Shown: one piece after another, positions 19,136 through 29,457 of the stretch
How positions within the stretch are numbered: the first letter of the stretch is position 1
Layout of the letters: each line of letters starts with the position of its first letter
NCBI GenBank assembly: GCA_051532035.1
Contig: JAOPTW010000015.1
Span: forward strand, 32,001 to 96,000
Direction of reading: 5' to 3'
Length of the DNA: 64,000 nucleotides
Origin: Fibrobacterales bacterium
Lineage (GTDB): Bacteria > Fibrobacterota > Fibrobacteria > Fibrobacterales > JAOPTW01
The notes under the pieces: generated by a model
Databases searched by the model: none
The model's input: the letters and a program-made list of their open reading frames with translations, nothing else
What the model was told of the DNA's origin: nothing
Translations under genes and position numbers: made by a program

Positions 19136-20545
19136 ATGCAGAGATCGAATAAAAATACTAGAAAAGGAACAGGCGGACGAACAAATAAGCCTGATCAATC
19201 TTCAGAACGCGTAAATACAAACAGTCGTGGTCGAATTAAGCTGACTCGGCAACAAAAAGCCGAAGGGGTTAAGGTCTCTGCTCTCAAACCCTCAAAATCT
19301 ATTTTTGAAACTATTTTGGCCAAAAATTTACAGGAAGGTGGCAAAAAATACCTTTCTGGATATACCTACAGCGAATCAGCTGCTTTGGTAAATCAGACCA
19401 TTAAAGAATTTTGGAAAGATCAAAAAGTGCCGGGAAAATGCCTGAAGATTGTTGAATCCAAGCCACACAATGGCTGGCGTGGTGATTGTACTCTTAAAGT
19501 TTCGGGAAAGGGCGCGCAGCTCAAATATGACATACCTAAAGAGCTCACTCGGCTTGAGCAAGTTGATGAGAAATCTCAACAACTCTTTGATTCCGTCATT
19601 ATTCAACTTTCAAAACCTCATTTAGTGAGTCTACAAAATCATATTTCTGCCATAACAATCCGTACCCTTTCGGATGAACGTAAAGTGGTAATTTATCAAG
19701 TATCAGACACGACCAAACGGTCTATTCAAAATTTGAAATCGGTTGACCAATTTCTTGAACGTGAAGTTGATTTTTATGCTGGCAGCTATGCGTTGATTAC
19801 AGGATCAGGAAAAGCTTGCACTTTTGATGAACCACTCCCTCTTGGCTATAAATTCAAGAAAATTTCTGGTGGAGATACCATAACTGTTGGTCCTCAGCAA
19901 TTAGAAATTCACCCTTTTGAGTTTTACAGATCGAACCGTGCCATTGTTCACGCTATGGATCAAAAAGTAGCAGAGATGCTCAAACCACAGAAAATTGGTG
20001 AAGAACATTTTATCGATCTCTTTTCCGGAAGTTCTCACTGGACATTTTTAGTAGGAGCTGATTACAAAAAATGCTGGAGTGTCGATATTAAAAAAATGGC
20101 GCGAGAGTCTTTTACTGCTAACAGTGCTATTAAAAAGAGAAAGAATGGCAGTATCGTCATTGATAAAATTGATAGTGAATTTCTTAAACGATTTATTCCT
20201 GATGAAAATGAGATACCAGCAACACTCATGATCGATTCACCGACCGCACAACTCCCTTCAGGTATACTGAGATCTATTGCCGATAAGAAAGTTAAAAGGG
20301 TTGTGCATATTTTTAATGATATCAATATGATCCCCGAAGAGATTCGTAAGTGGAGAAAGCATGGATATATAATTAAAAAAATTATCCCTTTTGATTCAAA
20401 ACCTTTTAGTGGTCAACCTGAGTGCATCGCACTCTTGAATATTGACTACTTAGGATTACTGGATAAAAATCAAACTTTGAAAAAGAAACAGATCAAATCA
20501 ACTCCTGCAGCGAACACCTCTGGTATTCGTTTTGTGCAGAACTAA
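19136..20545 (+). CDS. RlmD/TrmA-like RNA m5U methyltransferase homolog, apparently lacking the catalytic Cys
   Basis: IDLFSG (motif I); IDSP, RVVHIFND and FDSKPFSGQPEC align with RlmD LDPAR, RIVYVSCN and DMFPHTGHLES; basic N-terminal extension. Confidence 0.75.
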   Translation: MQRSNKNTRKGTGGRTNKPDQSSERVNTNSRGRIKLTRQQKAEGVKVSALKPSKSIFETILAKNLQEGGKKYLSGYTYSESAALVNQTIKEFWKDQKVPGKCLKIVESKPHNGWRGDCTLKVSGKGAQLKYDIPKELTRLEQVDEKSQQLFDSVIIQLSKPHLVSLQNHISAITIRTLSDERKVVIYQVSDTTKRSIQNLKSVDQFLEREVDFYAGSYALITGSGKACTFDEPLPLGYKFKKISGGDTITVGPQQLEIHPFEFYRSNRAIVHAMDQKVAEMLKPQKIGEEHFIDLFSGSSHWTFLVGADYKKCWSVDIKKMARESFTANSAIKKRKNGSIVIDKIDSEFLKRFIPDENEIPATLMIDSPTAQLPSGILRSIADKKVKRVVHIFNDINMIPEEIRKWRKHGYIIKKIIPFDSKPFSGQPECIALLNIDYLGLLDKNQTLKKKQIKSTPAANTSGIRFVQN

Positions 20546-20560
20546 CATGAGCGAGGAACT

Positions 20561-22201
20561 ATGTTAAATAAAATTTCAGGTTTTGGCGGCTATGATGGCC
20601 CAATCGTAACAATCGTACTTGACGGCTATGGGCTTGGACAAGAGAACGAAGGTAATGCTATCCATTTAGCACATACTCCTGTTATCGATGGACTTCTTAA
20701 AAAATATCCCAATATAGCACTTAATGCTCATGGTACTTCAGTCGGACTTCCTGACGATACCGACATGGGTAACTCAGAAGTTGGTCATAACGCTCTCGGC
20801 GCAGGTCAAGTGGTAGCACAAGGTGCAAAACTCGTTAACGAGTCTATTGCATCAGGCGCCATGTTTTCTGGTGATGTATGGCAAAAAGCAGTGAATCAAG
20901 TTAAAAATGCAGATTCAAAACTTCATTTTATAAGCCTGCTTTCTGATGGAAACATTCACTCTCATATCGACCATCTTAAGGCAATGATTACAGCAGCTAA
21001 AGAGCAAGGTGTTAAAACAGTGAGAATACACGCACTTCTTGATGGTCGTGATGTGCCTGCACGCTCGGCTCTTGACTACAGTGAACCTTTAGAAGCATGG
21101 ATGAACGAACTCAATGCCTCTGGTGATTTTGATATTCAAGTAGCATCTGGTGGCGGTCGCATGAAAGTAACTATGGACCGTTATGGTGCAGAGTGGGACA
21201 TGGTTGAGCGCGGTTGGAAAGTACACGTTCGTGGAGAGGGCCGTCAGTTTGGTACACTTTCTGAAGCAGTAAAAACACTTCGTGAAGAGCTTGATGTTGA
21301 TGACCAAAACCTTCCTGAGTTTGTTATTGGTAAAGATGGTATTCCTGTTGGAACTATTGATGATAATGATGCTGTAATGCTCACTAACTATAGAGGTGAC
21401 CGTGCGATTGAGATTTCTCAGGCTTTTGATGATGAAGATTTCTCAAATTTTGAACGTGTCAAAACCCCAAAAGTATTCTATGCCGGAATGATGGAGTATG
21501 ATGGTGATGCACATATTCCTCAGAACTACCTAGTATGCCCTCCCGAAATTAACAATGTTCTCGGACAACAAGTTGTTGAAGCCAACATGACCCAACTTGC
21601 AATTTCTGAAACTCAAAAATATGGTCACGTAACCTACTTTTGGAATGGCAATAAATCAGGGAAGTTTGATTCTGCAAAAGAAGAGTACATTGAAATCCCT
21701 TCCGACAAAGTTCTCTTTAATGAGCGTCCTTGGATGAAATCTGCAGAGATTACTGATGAACTTATTAAACAACTCACTACCGGTTCTTATGATTACGCAC
21801 GCGTAAACTACCCGAATGGTGATATGGTTGGCCATACAGGTAACCTTCATGCAACTCGTGTAGCAATGGAATCACTTGACCTTTGTCTTGGTAGACTCCT
21901 TCCTGTAATTGACAAAATCGGTGGTATGGCTCTCATTACTGCAGACCATGGTAATGCTGAAGAGATGTATCAAACTAAAAAAGGTGCTGTAGCATTAAAA
22001 GATGGAAAGCCTGTTGCTAAAACATCGCACACAACAAACCAGGTTCCTTGTATTTTTTATGACAATCAGCATGGAGATGCCTATTCTATCGACACTTCTG
22101 TTGAAAAAGCAGGTATCGGAAACTTAGCAGCTACAACACTTAATCTTATGGGTCTTGAAGCTCCTGAATTCTACCAACAGTCAATTATTACTCCTAAATA
22201 A
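20561..22201 (+). CDS. gpmI: 2,3-bisphosphoglycerate-independent phosphoglycerate mutase
   Basis: MGNSEVGH, LDGRD, NGDMVGHTG, ITADHGN. Confidence 0.97.
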   Translation: MLNKISGFGGYDGPIVTIVLDGYGLGQENEGNAIHLAHTPVIDGLLKKYPNIALNAHGTSVGLPDDTDMGNSEVGHNALGAGQVVAQGAKLVNESIASGAMFSGDVWQKAVNQVKNADSKLHFISLLSDGNIHSHIDHLKAMITAAKEQGVKTVRIHALLDGRDVPARSALDYSEPLEAWMNELNASGDFDIQVASGGGRMKVTMDRYGAEWDMVERGWKVHVRGEGRQFGTLSEAVKTLREELDVDDQNLPEFVIGKDGIPVGTIDDNDAVMLTNYRGDRAIEISQAFDDEDFSNFERVKTPKVFYAGMMEYDGDAHIPQNYLVCPPEINNVLGQQVVEANMTQLAISETQKYGHVTYFWNGNKSGKFDSAKEEYIEIPSDKVLFNERPWMKSAEITDELIKQLTTGSYDYARVNYPNGDMVGHTGNLHATRVAMESLDLCLGRLLPVIDKIGGMALITADHGNAEEMYQTKKGAVALKDGKPVAKTSHTTNQVPCIFYDNQHGDAYSIDTSVEKAGIGNLAATTLNLMGLEAPEFYQQSIITPK

Positions 22202-22221
22202 TTGATACTATACAGCCTTTT

Positions 22222-22255
22222 AAAGCCCGCTATTCACCAAATAGCGGGCTTTTTT
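22222..22255 (+). terminator. Intrinsic terminator after gpmI
   Basis: aaagcccgctatt-cacca-aatagcgggcttt followed by a T-tract. Confidence 0.85.
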
Positions 22256-22326
22256 ATTGGCTATTTTCTTTACTTATCCCATTAATAGTTATATTATCAG
22301 TAATAAACTCTATTATCAGGTTATTC

Positions 22327-23502
22327 ATGTCATTGCGTCGTATAGTGTATATCTCTACACTCATAACTCCTCTCTTATTTGCCTATGTTGTAAAAGAGGG
22401 TGATACGCTCTGGGACTTGAGTGACTCAGTACTTAACGATCCATTTAAATGGGCTATCATTTGGGAAAACAATCCCCAGATTGAAAACCCTCATAGAATC
22501 TATCCAGGTGATGAAATTACTTTAGACGGTGAACCCGCCTCTGAAGAGCCTACTTTAGAATCAATTGCAGAAGCACCTGTAGAAGAAATAGCTCAGGAGA
22601 AGCCTGAAAATGATACTCTCCCAAAGGGTATACAATTTAATGGCAGAGGCATAAAAGAGCGACTTCACGAAGATTTTCTTAATCGACTTGGCCCACTAGG
22701 TGAAAACTTTATTGAAGAAGAAGATGCCTTAAATATTCTTAAAAGTCAAATTCCGGATACCTTAGCCTATCGGCCTCAACCAAGAATCCTTAAACAAGCA
22801 CTTCAAAGACAGGCCCCGTTTCTTGAAAAACCTTATTCGGACTATAGAACCTATGCAACCGAATTTAGAATATCACCTGAGCTCCAGGGAAGTGGTCTCC
22901 TTTTAAAAAGTTATGAAGAATTTGTACTTCATGCAGGGGCCATTGATGGACTCACCAATGGAGATACCATTGAGCTCTTTACACACAGTACCGACCGATA
23001 TCCAATTTCTTTTTCAAAAAATCATTCAGTTTTATTCACTGCCGTGAAGCCCATTGGCTTAGCAATAGTCAAATCAGTTAGTGACACCAATTCCAGAGCA
23101 CAAATAGTTTCGGCATTTGGCCCCATATCTCCAATACATAGTCGTGCTCGAGTCTACACTCCCAAAACACTCCGGTATGTTAATTATTATCAACCAGTAG
23201 AGAGTATAGATACTCAGAAAATGGCTTCTGTTGCCCACATATTTAATGAAAGTAACTATGTAAAATTTCATAATTGGATCGCAATTAATCGGGGTTCCAA
23301 AGATGGTTTTCACCCGGGAGATGCAATCCATATACTTGAACACAAAAACAAAGCGGGGCTCTCCCCACGAGTTATAGCTTCAGGTATTATTATCCAAGCA
23401 CGTCAGGTAACCGCCTCAGTTCTGATTCATCAGGTGTACTACCCACAGCGCAACATTAAACTTTATGACAACGTTGCAGTTGTTCAAAAAGCAATGGAAT
23501 AA
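22327..23502 (+). CDS. LysM peptidoglycan-binding exported protein (TsaP-like architecture)
   Basis: Signal peptide; YVVKEGDTLWDLS...W..IW.NN.QIENPHRIYPGD; beta-rich C-terminal units (INRGSKDGFHPGD). Confidence 0.8.
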   Translation: MSLRRIVYISTLITPLLFAYVVKEGDTLWDLSDSVLNDPFKWAIIWENNPQIENPHRIYPGDEITLDGEPASEEPTLESIAEAPVEEIAQEKPENDTLPKGIQFNGRGIKERLHEDFLNRLGPLGENFIEEEDALNILKSQIPDTLAYRPQPRILKQALQRQAPFLEKPYSDYRTYATEFRISPELQGSGLLLKSYEEFVLHAGAIDGLTNGDTIELFTHSTDRYPISFSKNHSVLFTAVKPIGLAIVKSVSDTNSRAQIVSAFGPISPIHSRARVYTPKTLRYVNYYQPVESIDTQKMASVAHIFNESNYVKFHNWIAINRGSKDGFHPGDAIHILEHKNKAGLSPRVIASGIIIQARQVTASVLIHQVYYPQRNIKLYDNVAVVQKAME

Positions 23503-23510
23503 TCAATTAT

Positions 23511-24488
23511 CTATAATGATTCAATTGAAAGAAGGTTTACCCGGCCTGCATGGGTAATGTCGACATTTTTCATGTGACGCATGGCAGTTGTAACCGCCTC
23601 CCCATCAATCTGTGTAAAATTGCGTTTTGATTGTTTAATACGAACCGAAGACGCATGATAGCATTTGATAAACTTCTTACTCACAATTTGCTTAATGAGA
23701 GGAAGACGCCCCGAAGCCAATACGAGTAATAAATGCACAGTACTTTTTACTGGAATGATTTCGAGATAGCCATCAGAGAAGTCGGAGTCTATAAAAGGTT
23801 CTGCCCCTCCAGAATAAGACCCGATATTCCCCACAATAAGTGAAGTATATCCTGATACATCGATCTCCTGAAAATCTCCCTGAATTGTTTTAAAAGTAAT
23901 TGTGGTGTCTGCTGGAATGGTATATCCTCTATTTTTAAAGCCAAAAAAAATGTAATAGAGTTTATTGGTAAAGGGAGTACTCAAAATGAGGTTCCCTTTT
24001 TTCCTCAGCACATCAAAGTTATGGGCTGTTTTTGCATCGGCCCCAATTGAGTAGTACGCAGCAAGAGTAAAAGTATTATTAACCATCCAAAGGTCGAACA
24101 TATGCGCTTCAGAGCTTAACAACTTACGAATAGTATTGAGTAGTCCACGGTTGGTATAGTTTCGATAGATGCCAAGTATTCGGGCGAGATCATTACCCGT
24201 CCCGAGAGGAATGAGCCCAGCATAAACATCTGAACGTTGAGCCTTGAGCAATGCTTGCATTACCACACTCATAGTTCCATCGCCACCCACAGCGATAATC
24301 TTTGTACATTGAGAGATCATTGTCTCAATTTGTACCTGCATTCCATCAATTTTTGTGAATTCAAAAACCCATTCATTTTCATCATATGCAAATGAACGCA
24401 TTATTTCGTGAAGAAACCGCGCAATAACCTTCCCTTGACCTCCGCCTGATATAGGGTTGATCAAAAAGCCTACTTTATACTGTTTCAC
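23511..24488 (-). CDS. Diacylglycerol kinase family protein with a eukaryote-type accessory domain
   Basis: INPISGGGQG, GGDGT, IPLGTGNDLAR, YYSIGADA, NKLYY, SDGYLEII, QIDGE. Confidence 0.85.
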   Translation of the reverse strand: MKQYKVGFLINPISGGGQGKVIARFLHEIMRSFAYDENEWVFEFTKIDGMQVQIETMISQCTKIIAVGGDGTMSVVMQALLKAQRSDVYAGLIPLGTGNDLARILGIYRNYTNRGLLNTIRKLLSSEAHMFDLWMVNNTFTLAAYYSIGADAKTAHNFDVLRKKGNLILSTPFTNKLYYIFFGFKNRGYTIPADTTITFKTIQGDFQEIDVSGYTSLIVGNIGSYSGGAEPFIDSDFSDGYLEIIPVKSTVHLLLVLASGRLPLIKQIVSKKFIKCYHASSVRIKQSKRNFTQIDGEAVTTAMRHMKNVDITHAGRVNLLSIESL

Positions 24489-25000
24489 CTTCTTCCCAAA
24501 TAACTATTTTTAACATCGACATATTTAAGTGCCATTGCTCTGTTAGCCGCTATCTCATCTTCGGTGAGTTTCCGAATCGCCCTACCAGGAGCACCAACAA
24601 TCAATACTCCAGGTGGAAATGATTTTCCTGGAGGAATAAGTGTCCCAGCCGCTACAATTGAATCTTCACTAATAATAGAATGATCCATTATTGTGGCACT
24701 CATACCTATTGTCACATTATTCTTAATTTCACAAGCATGGAGTACTACGTTATGACCGATGGTTACATCATCTCCCACAATTACCCCATGGGAATTGGAG
24801 AGATGTAACGTGCAGTTATCTTGAATATTGGAACGATCCCCAATAGTAATAGAATTAATATCAGCCCTGAGTACTGCATTAAAAAAGACCGACGAATCGG
24901 CCCCTATTTTAACAGCCCCGATGATATGAGAACCCTTGGCAAGAAATACTCCATCACCAAGGGCTGGCTCATTACCATTATAGCCAATAATATTTGGCAT
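24485..25000 (-). CDS. Gamma carbonic anhydrase family protein (YrdA-like)
   Basis: Hexapeptide repeats; VLRAD, NIQDNCTLH, IGHNVVLH with all three zinc-binding His. Confidence 0.92.
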   Translation of the reverse strand: MPNIIGYNGNEPALGDGVFLAKGSHIIGAVKIGADSSVFFNAVLRADINSITIGDRSNIQDNCTLHLSNSHGVIVGDDVTIGHNVVLHACEIKNNVTIGMSATIMDHSIISEDSIVAAGTLIPPGKSFPPGVLIVGAPGRAIRKLTEDEIAANRAMALKYVDVKNSYLGRR

Positions 25001-25001
25001 A

Positions 25002-25769
25002 CTAGCTTTTTATGCCTGATGTCAATGTTGCCAAAAGATACTCGCGGTTCATACGCGCAATATTATCAACAGAGATCTCTTTTGGACATGATGCTTCACA
25101 CTCATAGGTATTTGTACAGTTACCAAAGCCCTCTGCATCCATCTGTGATATCATACTTTGAACACGCTCTTTTTTCTCAACTTTACCCTGAGGAACCAGC
25201 GCAAGGTGAGAAACTTTTGCCGCAACAAAAAGCATTGCTGATGCATTTGGACAGGCAGCAACACAAGCTCCACATCCAATACATGCTGCAGCATCAAATG
25301 CTTTATCCGCATCAGGTTTTGGAATTGGTATGTTCTCAGCTTGTGGTGCATTACCAGTATTAACTGATACAAACCCACCAGCTTGTATTACTCTATCAAA
25401 TGCAGAACGATCCACAGCAAGATCTTTAAATGTAGGGAATGCCGCGCTTCTCCATGGCTCTATTACAATAATATCACCATCGTTAAAGCTTCTCATGTGC
25501 AGTTGACATACTGTAGTGCCACTTTCGGGGCCATGAGCCCGTCCATTTATGTAGAGACTACACATGCCACAAATACCTTCACGACAGTCGTCATCAAATT
25601 TAATGACGTCCTGACCAGCTCTAATAAGGTCTTCATTAACTTCATCAAGCATCTCAAGGAAAGACATATCCGGAGAGATATTCTTAGCTTCATAGGCCTC
25701 AAATTTCCCTTTCGAGTTTCTGTCTTTTTGGCGCCATATTTTTAGTTTGAGATTCATTGTACCACTCAT
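25002..25769 (-). CDS. sdhB: Succinate dehydrogenase/fumarate reductase iron-sulfur subunit
   Basis: [32 protein letters not shown]. Confidence 0.96.
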   Translation of the reverse strand: MSGTMNLKLKIWRQKDRNSKGKFEAYEAKNISPDMSFLEMLDEVNEDLIRAGQDVIKFDDDCREGICGMCSLYINGRAHGPESGTTVCQLHMRSFNDGDIIVIEPWRSAAFPTFKDLAVDRSAFDRVIQAGGFVSVNTGNAPQAENIPIPKPDADKAFDAAACIGCGACVAACPNASAMLFVAAKVSHLALVPQGKVEKKERVQSMISQMDAEGFGNCTNTYECEASCPKEISVDNIARMNREYLLATLTSGIKS

Positions 25770-27682
25770 TATTTATAGCTCCTTTGAGAGAATTTTACAT
25801 AATCAAAAGTAAGGTCTTCTTTATGAAGTTCAGGCTTCTCACCCACCCCTTTAAATTCCCATGCTGCAACATAGGCAAACTTATCATCATTACGTTTTGC
25901 TTCATTTTCTTCAGTTTGTGACTCTTCACGAAAGTGACCACCGCACGATTCTTCACGGTTGAGTGCATCACGTACAAGGAGCTCACCAAACTCTAAGAAA
26001 TCTGCAACTCTGAGAGCAAGCTCAACTACAGGATTAGCCCCATTCTTTTCGCCAACCATTTTGAGGTCTGACCAGAATTCATCACGAAGTGTTTTGATCT
26101 CTTCAACAGCAGATTCAAGACCCTCTTTACTTCGAGCCATACCGCATTTGTCCCACATTATTTTACCCAAACGCTTATGGAAATCATTTGGTGTTTTTGT
26201 TCCGCCAATAGCAAAGAGTGATTCAATTCGCTCTTTTGTATCTGCCATTGCTTGAACAAATTCAGGTGCAGTTTCATCAATTTTCTTAAGATCTGAGTTC
26301 GCGAGATAATCACCAAGCGTATAAGGAAGAACAAAATACCCATCAGAAAGACCTTGCATCAATGCACTCGCACCAAGACGATTTGCACCGTGATCAGAGA
26401 AGTTTGCTTCACCAATAACAAAAAGCCCCTCAATATTACTTTGGAGATGATAATCAACCCAAAGCCCACCCATTGTATAGTGAATTGCAGGATAGATTCT
26501 CATTGGCTCTTTATACGGGTCTTCAGCTGTAATTTTTGCATACATATGGAGGAGGTTTCCATATTTTTCTCTAATCACATCTTCGCCGAAACGTTCTATA
26601 GCATCAGCAAAATCTAAGTAAACACCAAGTCCACCAGGACCAACGCCATAGCCTTCATCACATACTATCTTTGCATTTCGTGATGCAACATCACGAGGTA
26701 CTAGGTTTCCAAAAGACGGATACTTCTCTTCGAGATAATAATTACGCTCTTCTTCTGGAATATCAATTGGTTTTCGACTATCACCTTTCTTTTTTGGTAC
26801 CCAAATACGTCCATCATTTCTGAGGGACTCAGACATAAGGGTCAATTTTGATTGGTGATCACCACTTACCGGTATACAGGTTGGATGAATCTGTGTATAA
26901 CATGGGTTTGCAAAGTATGCTCCACGTTTATGGGCGCGCCAGGTTGCTGTAACATTACAGCCCATTGCGTTTGTAGAAAGATAATAGACATTACCGTATC
27001 CACCCGTACCGAGTACTACAGCATCACCCCAATGTGCTTCGAGCTCACCGGTTTCCATGTGACGGGTAATAATTCCACGTGCTTTTCCATCCACAACAAC
27101 AAGGTCTTGCATTTCAATACGTGAATGGTGTTTAATAGCACCTTTACCAATTTGGCGTGACAATGACTGATATGCGCCAATAAGAAGTTGTTGTCCTGTT
27201 TGGCCCCGAGCATAAAAAGTTCGTGAAACCTGAGCACCACCAAATGAACGGTTATCGAGTTGTCCACCGTAGTCACGTGCAAAAGGAACACCTTGAGCAA
27301 CACATTGGTCAATAATAGTGGTACTGATTTCAGCAAGACGATACACGTTTGCTTCACGAGCACGATAGTCTCCACCTTTAACGGTATCGTAAAAGAGACG
27401 ATACACACTATCACCATCATTAGGATAATTTTTGGCTGAGTTAATACCACCCTGAGCAGCAATACTATGGGCACGACGAGGACTATCTTGATAACAAAAG
27501 GTCTCAACAGTGTATCCCATTTCAGCAAGAGATGCTGCACCAGACGCACCAGCAAGGCCAGTACCGACAACAAGCACTTTATATTTACGACGATTTGACG
27601 GATTAACCAGCTTCATATTAAATTTATGTTTAGTCCATTTATCTTCTATGGATCCTTCAGGAACTCTATTATTCAATGGCAT
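25769..27682 (-). CDS. sdhA: Succinate dehydrogenase/fumarate reductase flavoprotein subunit
   Basis: [37 protein letters not shown]. Confidence 0.97.
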   Translation of the reverse strand: MPLNNRVPEGSIEDKWTKHKFNMKLVNPSNRRKYKVLVVGTGLAGASGAASLAEMGYTVETFCYQDSPRRAHSIAAQGGINSAKNYPNDGDSVYRLFYDTVKGGDYRAREANVYRLAEISTTIIDQCVAQGVPFARDYGGQLDNRSFGGAQVSRTFYARGQTGQQLLIGAYQSLSRQIGKGAIKHHSRIEMQDLVVVDGKARGIITRHMETGELEAHWGDAVVLGTGGYGNVYYLSTNAMGCNVTATWRAHKRGAYFANPCYTQIHPTCIPVSGDHQSKLTLMSESLRNDGRIWVPKKKGDSRKPIDIPEEERNYYLEEKYPSFGNLVPRDVASRNAKIVCDEGYGVGPGGLGVYLDFADAIERFGEDVIREKYGNLLHMYAKITAEDPYKEPMRIYPAIHYTMGGLWVDYHLQSNIEGLFVIGEANFSDHGANRLGASALMQGLSDGYFVLPYTLGDYLANSDLKKIDETAPEFVQAMADTKERIESLFAIGGTKTPNDFHKRLGKIMWDKCGMARSKEGLESAVEEIKTLRDEFWSDLKMVGEKNGANPVVELALRVADFLEFGELLVRDALNREESCGGHFREESQTEENEAKRNDDKFAYVAAWEFKGVGEKPELHKEDLTFDYVKFSQRSYK

Positions 27683-28377
27683 TATTTCGCTCCTTGTATA
27701 AACATAACGGTTGTGATAGTGATATTTCCAAGTCCAATAATCAATCCGAGAGCTTTAGATGACCCTTGAATAATTCCCCAAAATTTTGAGTGATTTAATC
27801 CAAATGTTTGGGCCGCTGATTGAAGAGCATGAGAGACATGAAGTCCTACCATTACCATTGCAACCGCATAAAAAAGTGAAAAGGTCCAGTCAGCAAAAAG
27901 GCCTGCGGCGAGGGCATACATATTTGCCATCTCAACACCGTCATAGGTTATCATACCCATATCACCGTATTTAATTGCTTTAATATGGAGTACAAGAAAA
28001 ACTGCCATGATTACACCAGTGTAGATCATTGTGTATGAAGCAATTCCTGCATCACTTGAATGTTTCACAACTTGATATCGAACAGGACGCGCCTTTCTAT
28101 TTTGTACCCACGTTATGATCGCTAACAGTATGTGTATAAGAATAAAAGAGCCTAGTAATAGTTCACCACCATACATAAGGATTTTATTAGATGCATAAAA
28201 ATATGCCACACGATTAAATGCTTCCTCACTAAACATGAGTGGGATATTACCCGCCATGTGATTAAGGAGAAATCCTACCCATAATAGACCTGTTACAGCC
28301 ATGAGCTGTTTTTTCCCTACGGACGAGGTCAAATATGTGCCGATCCAAGCGACACTACTTCTTTTCGTTGCTTCCAT
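27682..28377 (-). CDS. sdhC: Succinate dehydrogenase cytochrome b subunit (single-subunit, Bacteroidota-like)
   Basis: [13 protein letters not shown]; five TM helices with His ligands; coupled to sdhA. Confidence 0.92.
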   Translation of the reverse strand: MEATKRSSVAWIGTYLTSSVGKKQLMAVTGLLWVGFLLNHMAGNIPLMFSEEAFNRVAYFYASNKILMYGGELLLGSFILIHILLAIITWVQNRKARPVRYQVVKHSSDAGIASYTMIYTGVIMAVFLVLHIKAIKYGDMGMITYDGVEMANMYALAAGLFADWTFSLFYAVAMVMVGLHVSHALQSAAQTFGLNHSKFWGIIQGSSKALGLIIGLGNITITTVMFIQGAK

Positions 28378-28385
28378 GTGTTTCC

Positions 28386-28844
28386 TTATGTTGTTATAAA
28401 ACTTTTTGGTTCATACATAACCATATTTTCGTCTTTAAACCAAATTCCAATCTCTCGTTTTGCACTTTCTAGGCTATCAGATGCATGAACAACATTGAAA
28501 GTAACCCCAGGGGCAAAATCATATCTAATGGTTCCAGGCTCCGCCTCATCAGGGTTCGTTGCTCCATTAATTTTGCGAACGGCTTCAATTGCATTTTCAC
28601 CATGAAGAACCATTTGTATTACTGGTTCTGCCGCCATAAAATCAAGGAGAGAGTCAAAAAATGGCCGCTCCTTATGTTCTGAGTAAAAATTTGCCGCTTC
28701 GTCACGACTCATTTTTTTAATGTCAATTGCAGCAATCGCAAGACGTGCTTTTTGGTAGCGGTCAATAATTTGTCCAACTAATCCACATTTCACGCCATTT
28801 GGCTTAATCATCACAAAGGTTGATTCTTCTCTATTCGATCCCAT
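28386..28844 (-). CDS. ndk: Nucleoside diphosphate kinase
   Basis: TFVMIKP, PGTIR, NVVHASDS. Confidence 0.97.
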   Translation of the reverse strand: MGSNREESTFVMIKPNGVKCGLVGQIIDRYQKARLAIAAIDIKKMSRDEAANFYSEHKERPFFDSLLDFMAAEPVIQMVLHGENAIEAVRKINGATNPDEAEPGTIRYDFAPGVTFNVVHASDSLESAKREIGIWFKDENMVMYEPKSFITT

Positions 28845-29009
28845 CTACACTCCAAAGCTTATGATATGTTTGAAAACTAGCATAATTTTAGAATTTCCGG
28901 AATTTAATCCAATATTGGATTTGTTCAACTCAAAGTTATACATTTTTCTCAAAAATGGAATGGTTTCATTATAAGTCAGAACATTGTTTGTTTGAAACAA
29001 TTATGACTT

Positions 29010-29306
29010 TTAAGTCATGCCAACTTTTCGGTCGATCTTATATATAAATGCCAAAACTTTTGCCACCCCTTCAAAAAGCTCTGGAGGAATATAATCGTCA
29101 AGCTCTAATTCACTTAACATCTCTGCCATAGCATCATCTTTATGTATCGGGATATCTTCTTCTTTGGCGATCGCAACCATCTGTTCAGCAATTAGCCCTT
29201 TGCCACTGGCTATCACTTGTGGTGGTGCACCCTCACCCTGCTCATGCTTAAGCGCTATCGCTAAAAACGGAGGAAGTTTTTTTCTTTTTTGTTGCTGAGG
29301 ATACAT
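29010..29306 (-). CDS. Stand-alone FlhB C-terminal-like protein (EscU/YscU/HrcU switch family; FlhX/YlqH-like)
   Basis: AIAL...PPQVIASGKGLIAEQM...DIPIH...IPPELFEGVAKVLAFIY. Confidence 0.88.
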   Translation of the reverse strand: MYPQQQKRKKLPPFLAIALKHEQGEGAPPQVIASGKGLIAEQMVAIAKEEDIPIHKDDAMAEMLSELELDDYIPPELFEGVAKVLAFIYKIDRKVGMT

Positions 29307-29457
29307 TTTTTACTGAGCAAAAGGTCCTTTGAGAAATATATAATTTTCCTAAAGATAAGATGGCATAAGAGCTTCTCAGATAAGAAATTACTACATTTTG
29401 CGTAGCACAGAATGCATGCATTTTGGTTGTAGAACTATGGACAGCAATGAGCGTTAG

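Noticed and set aside
27016..27573. 185-aa alternative-frame ORF inside sdhA, and similar shadow ORFs (2802-3287, 24821-25363, 57665-58216, 58262-58687)
   Set aside because: Contained in or antisense to well-supported genes, with no recognisable motifs or RBS; expected by-products of codon bias.
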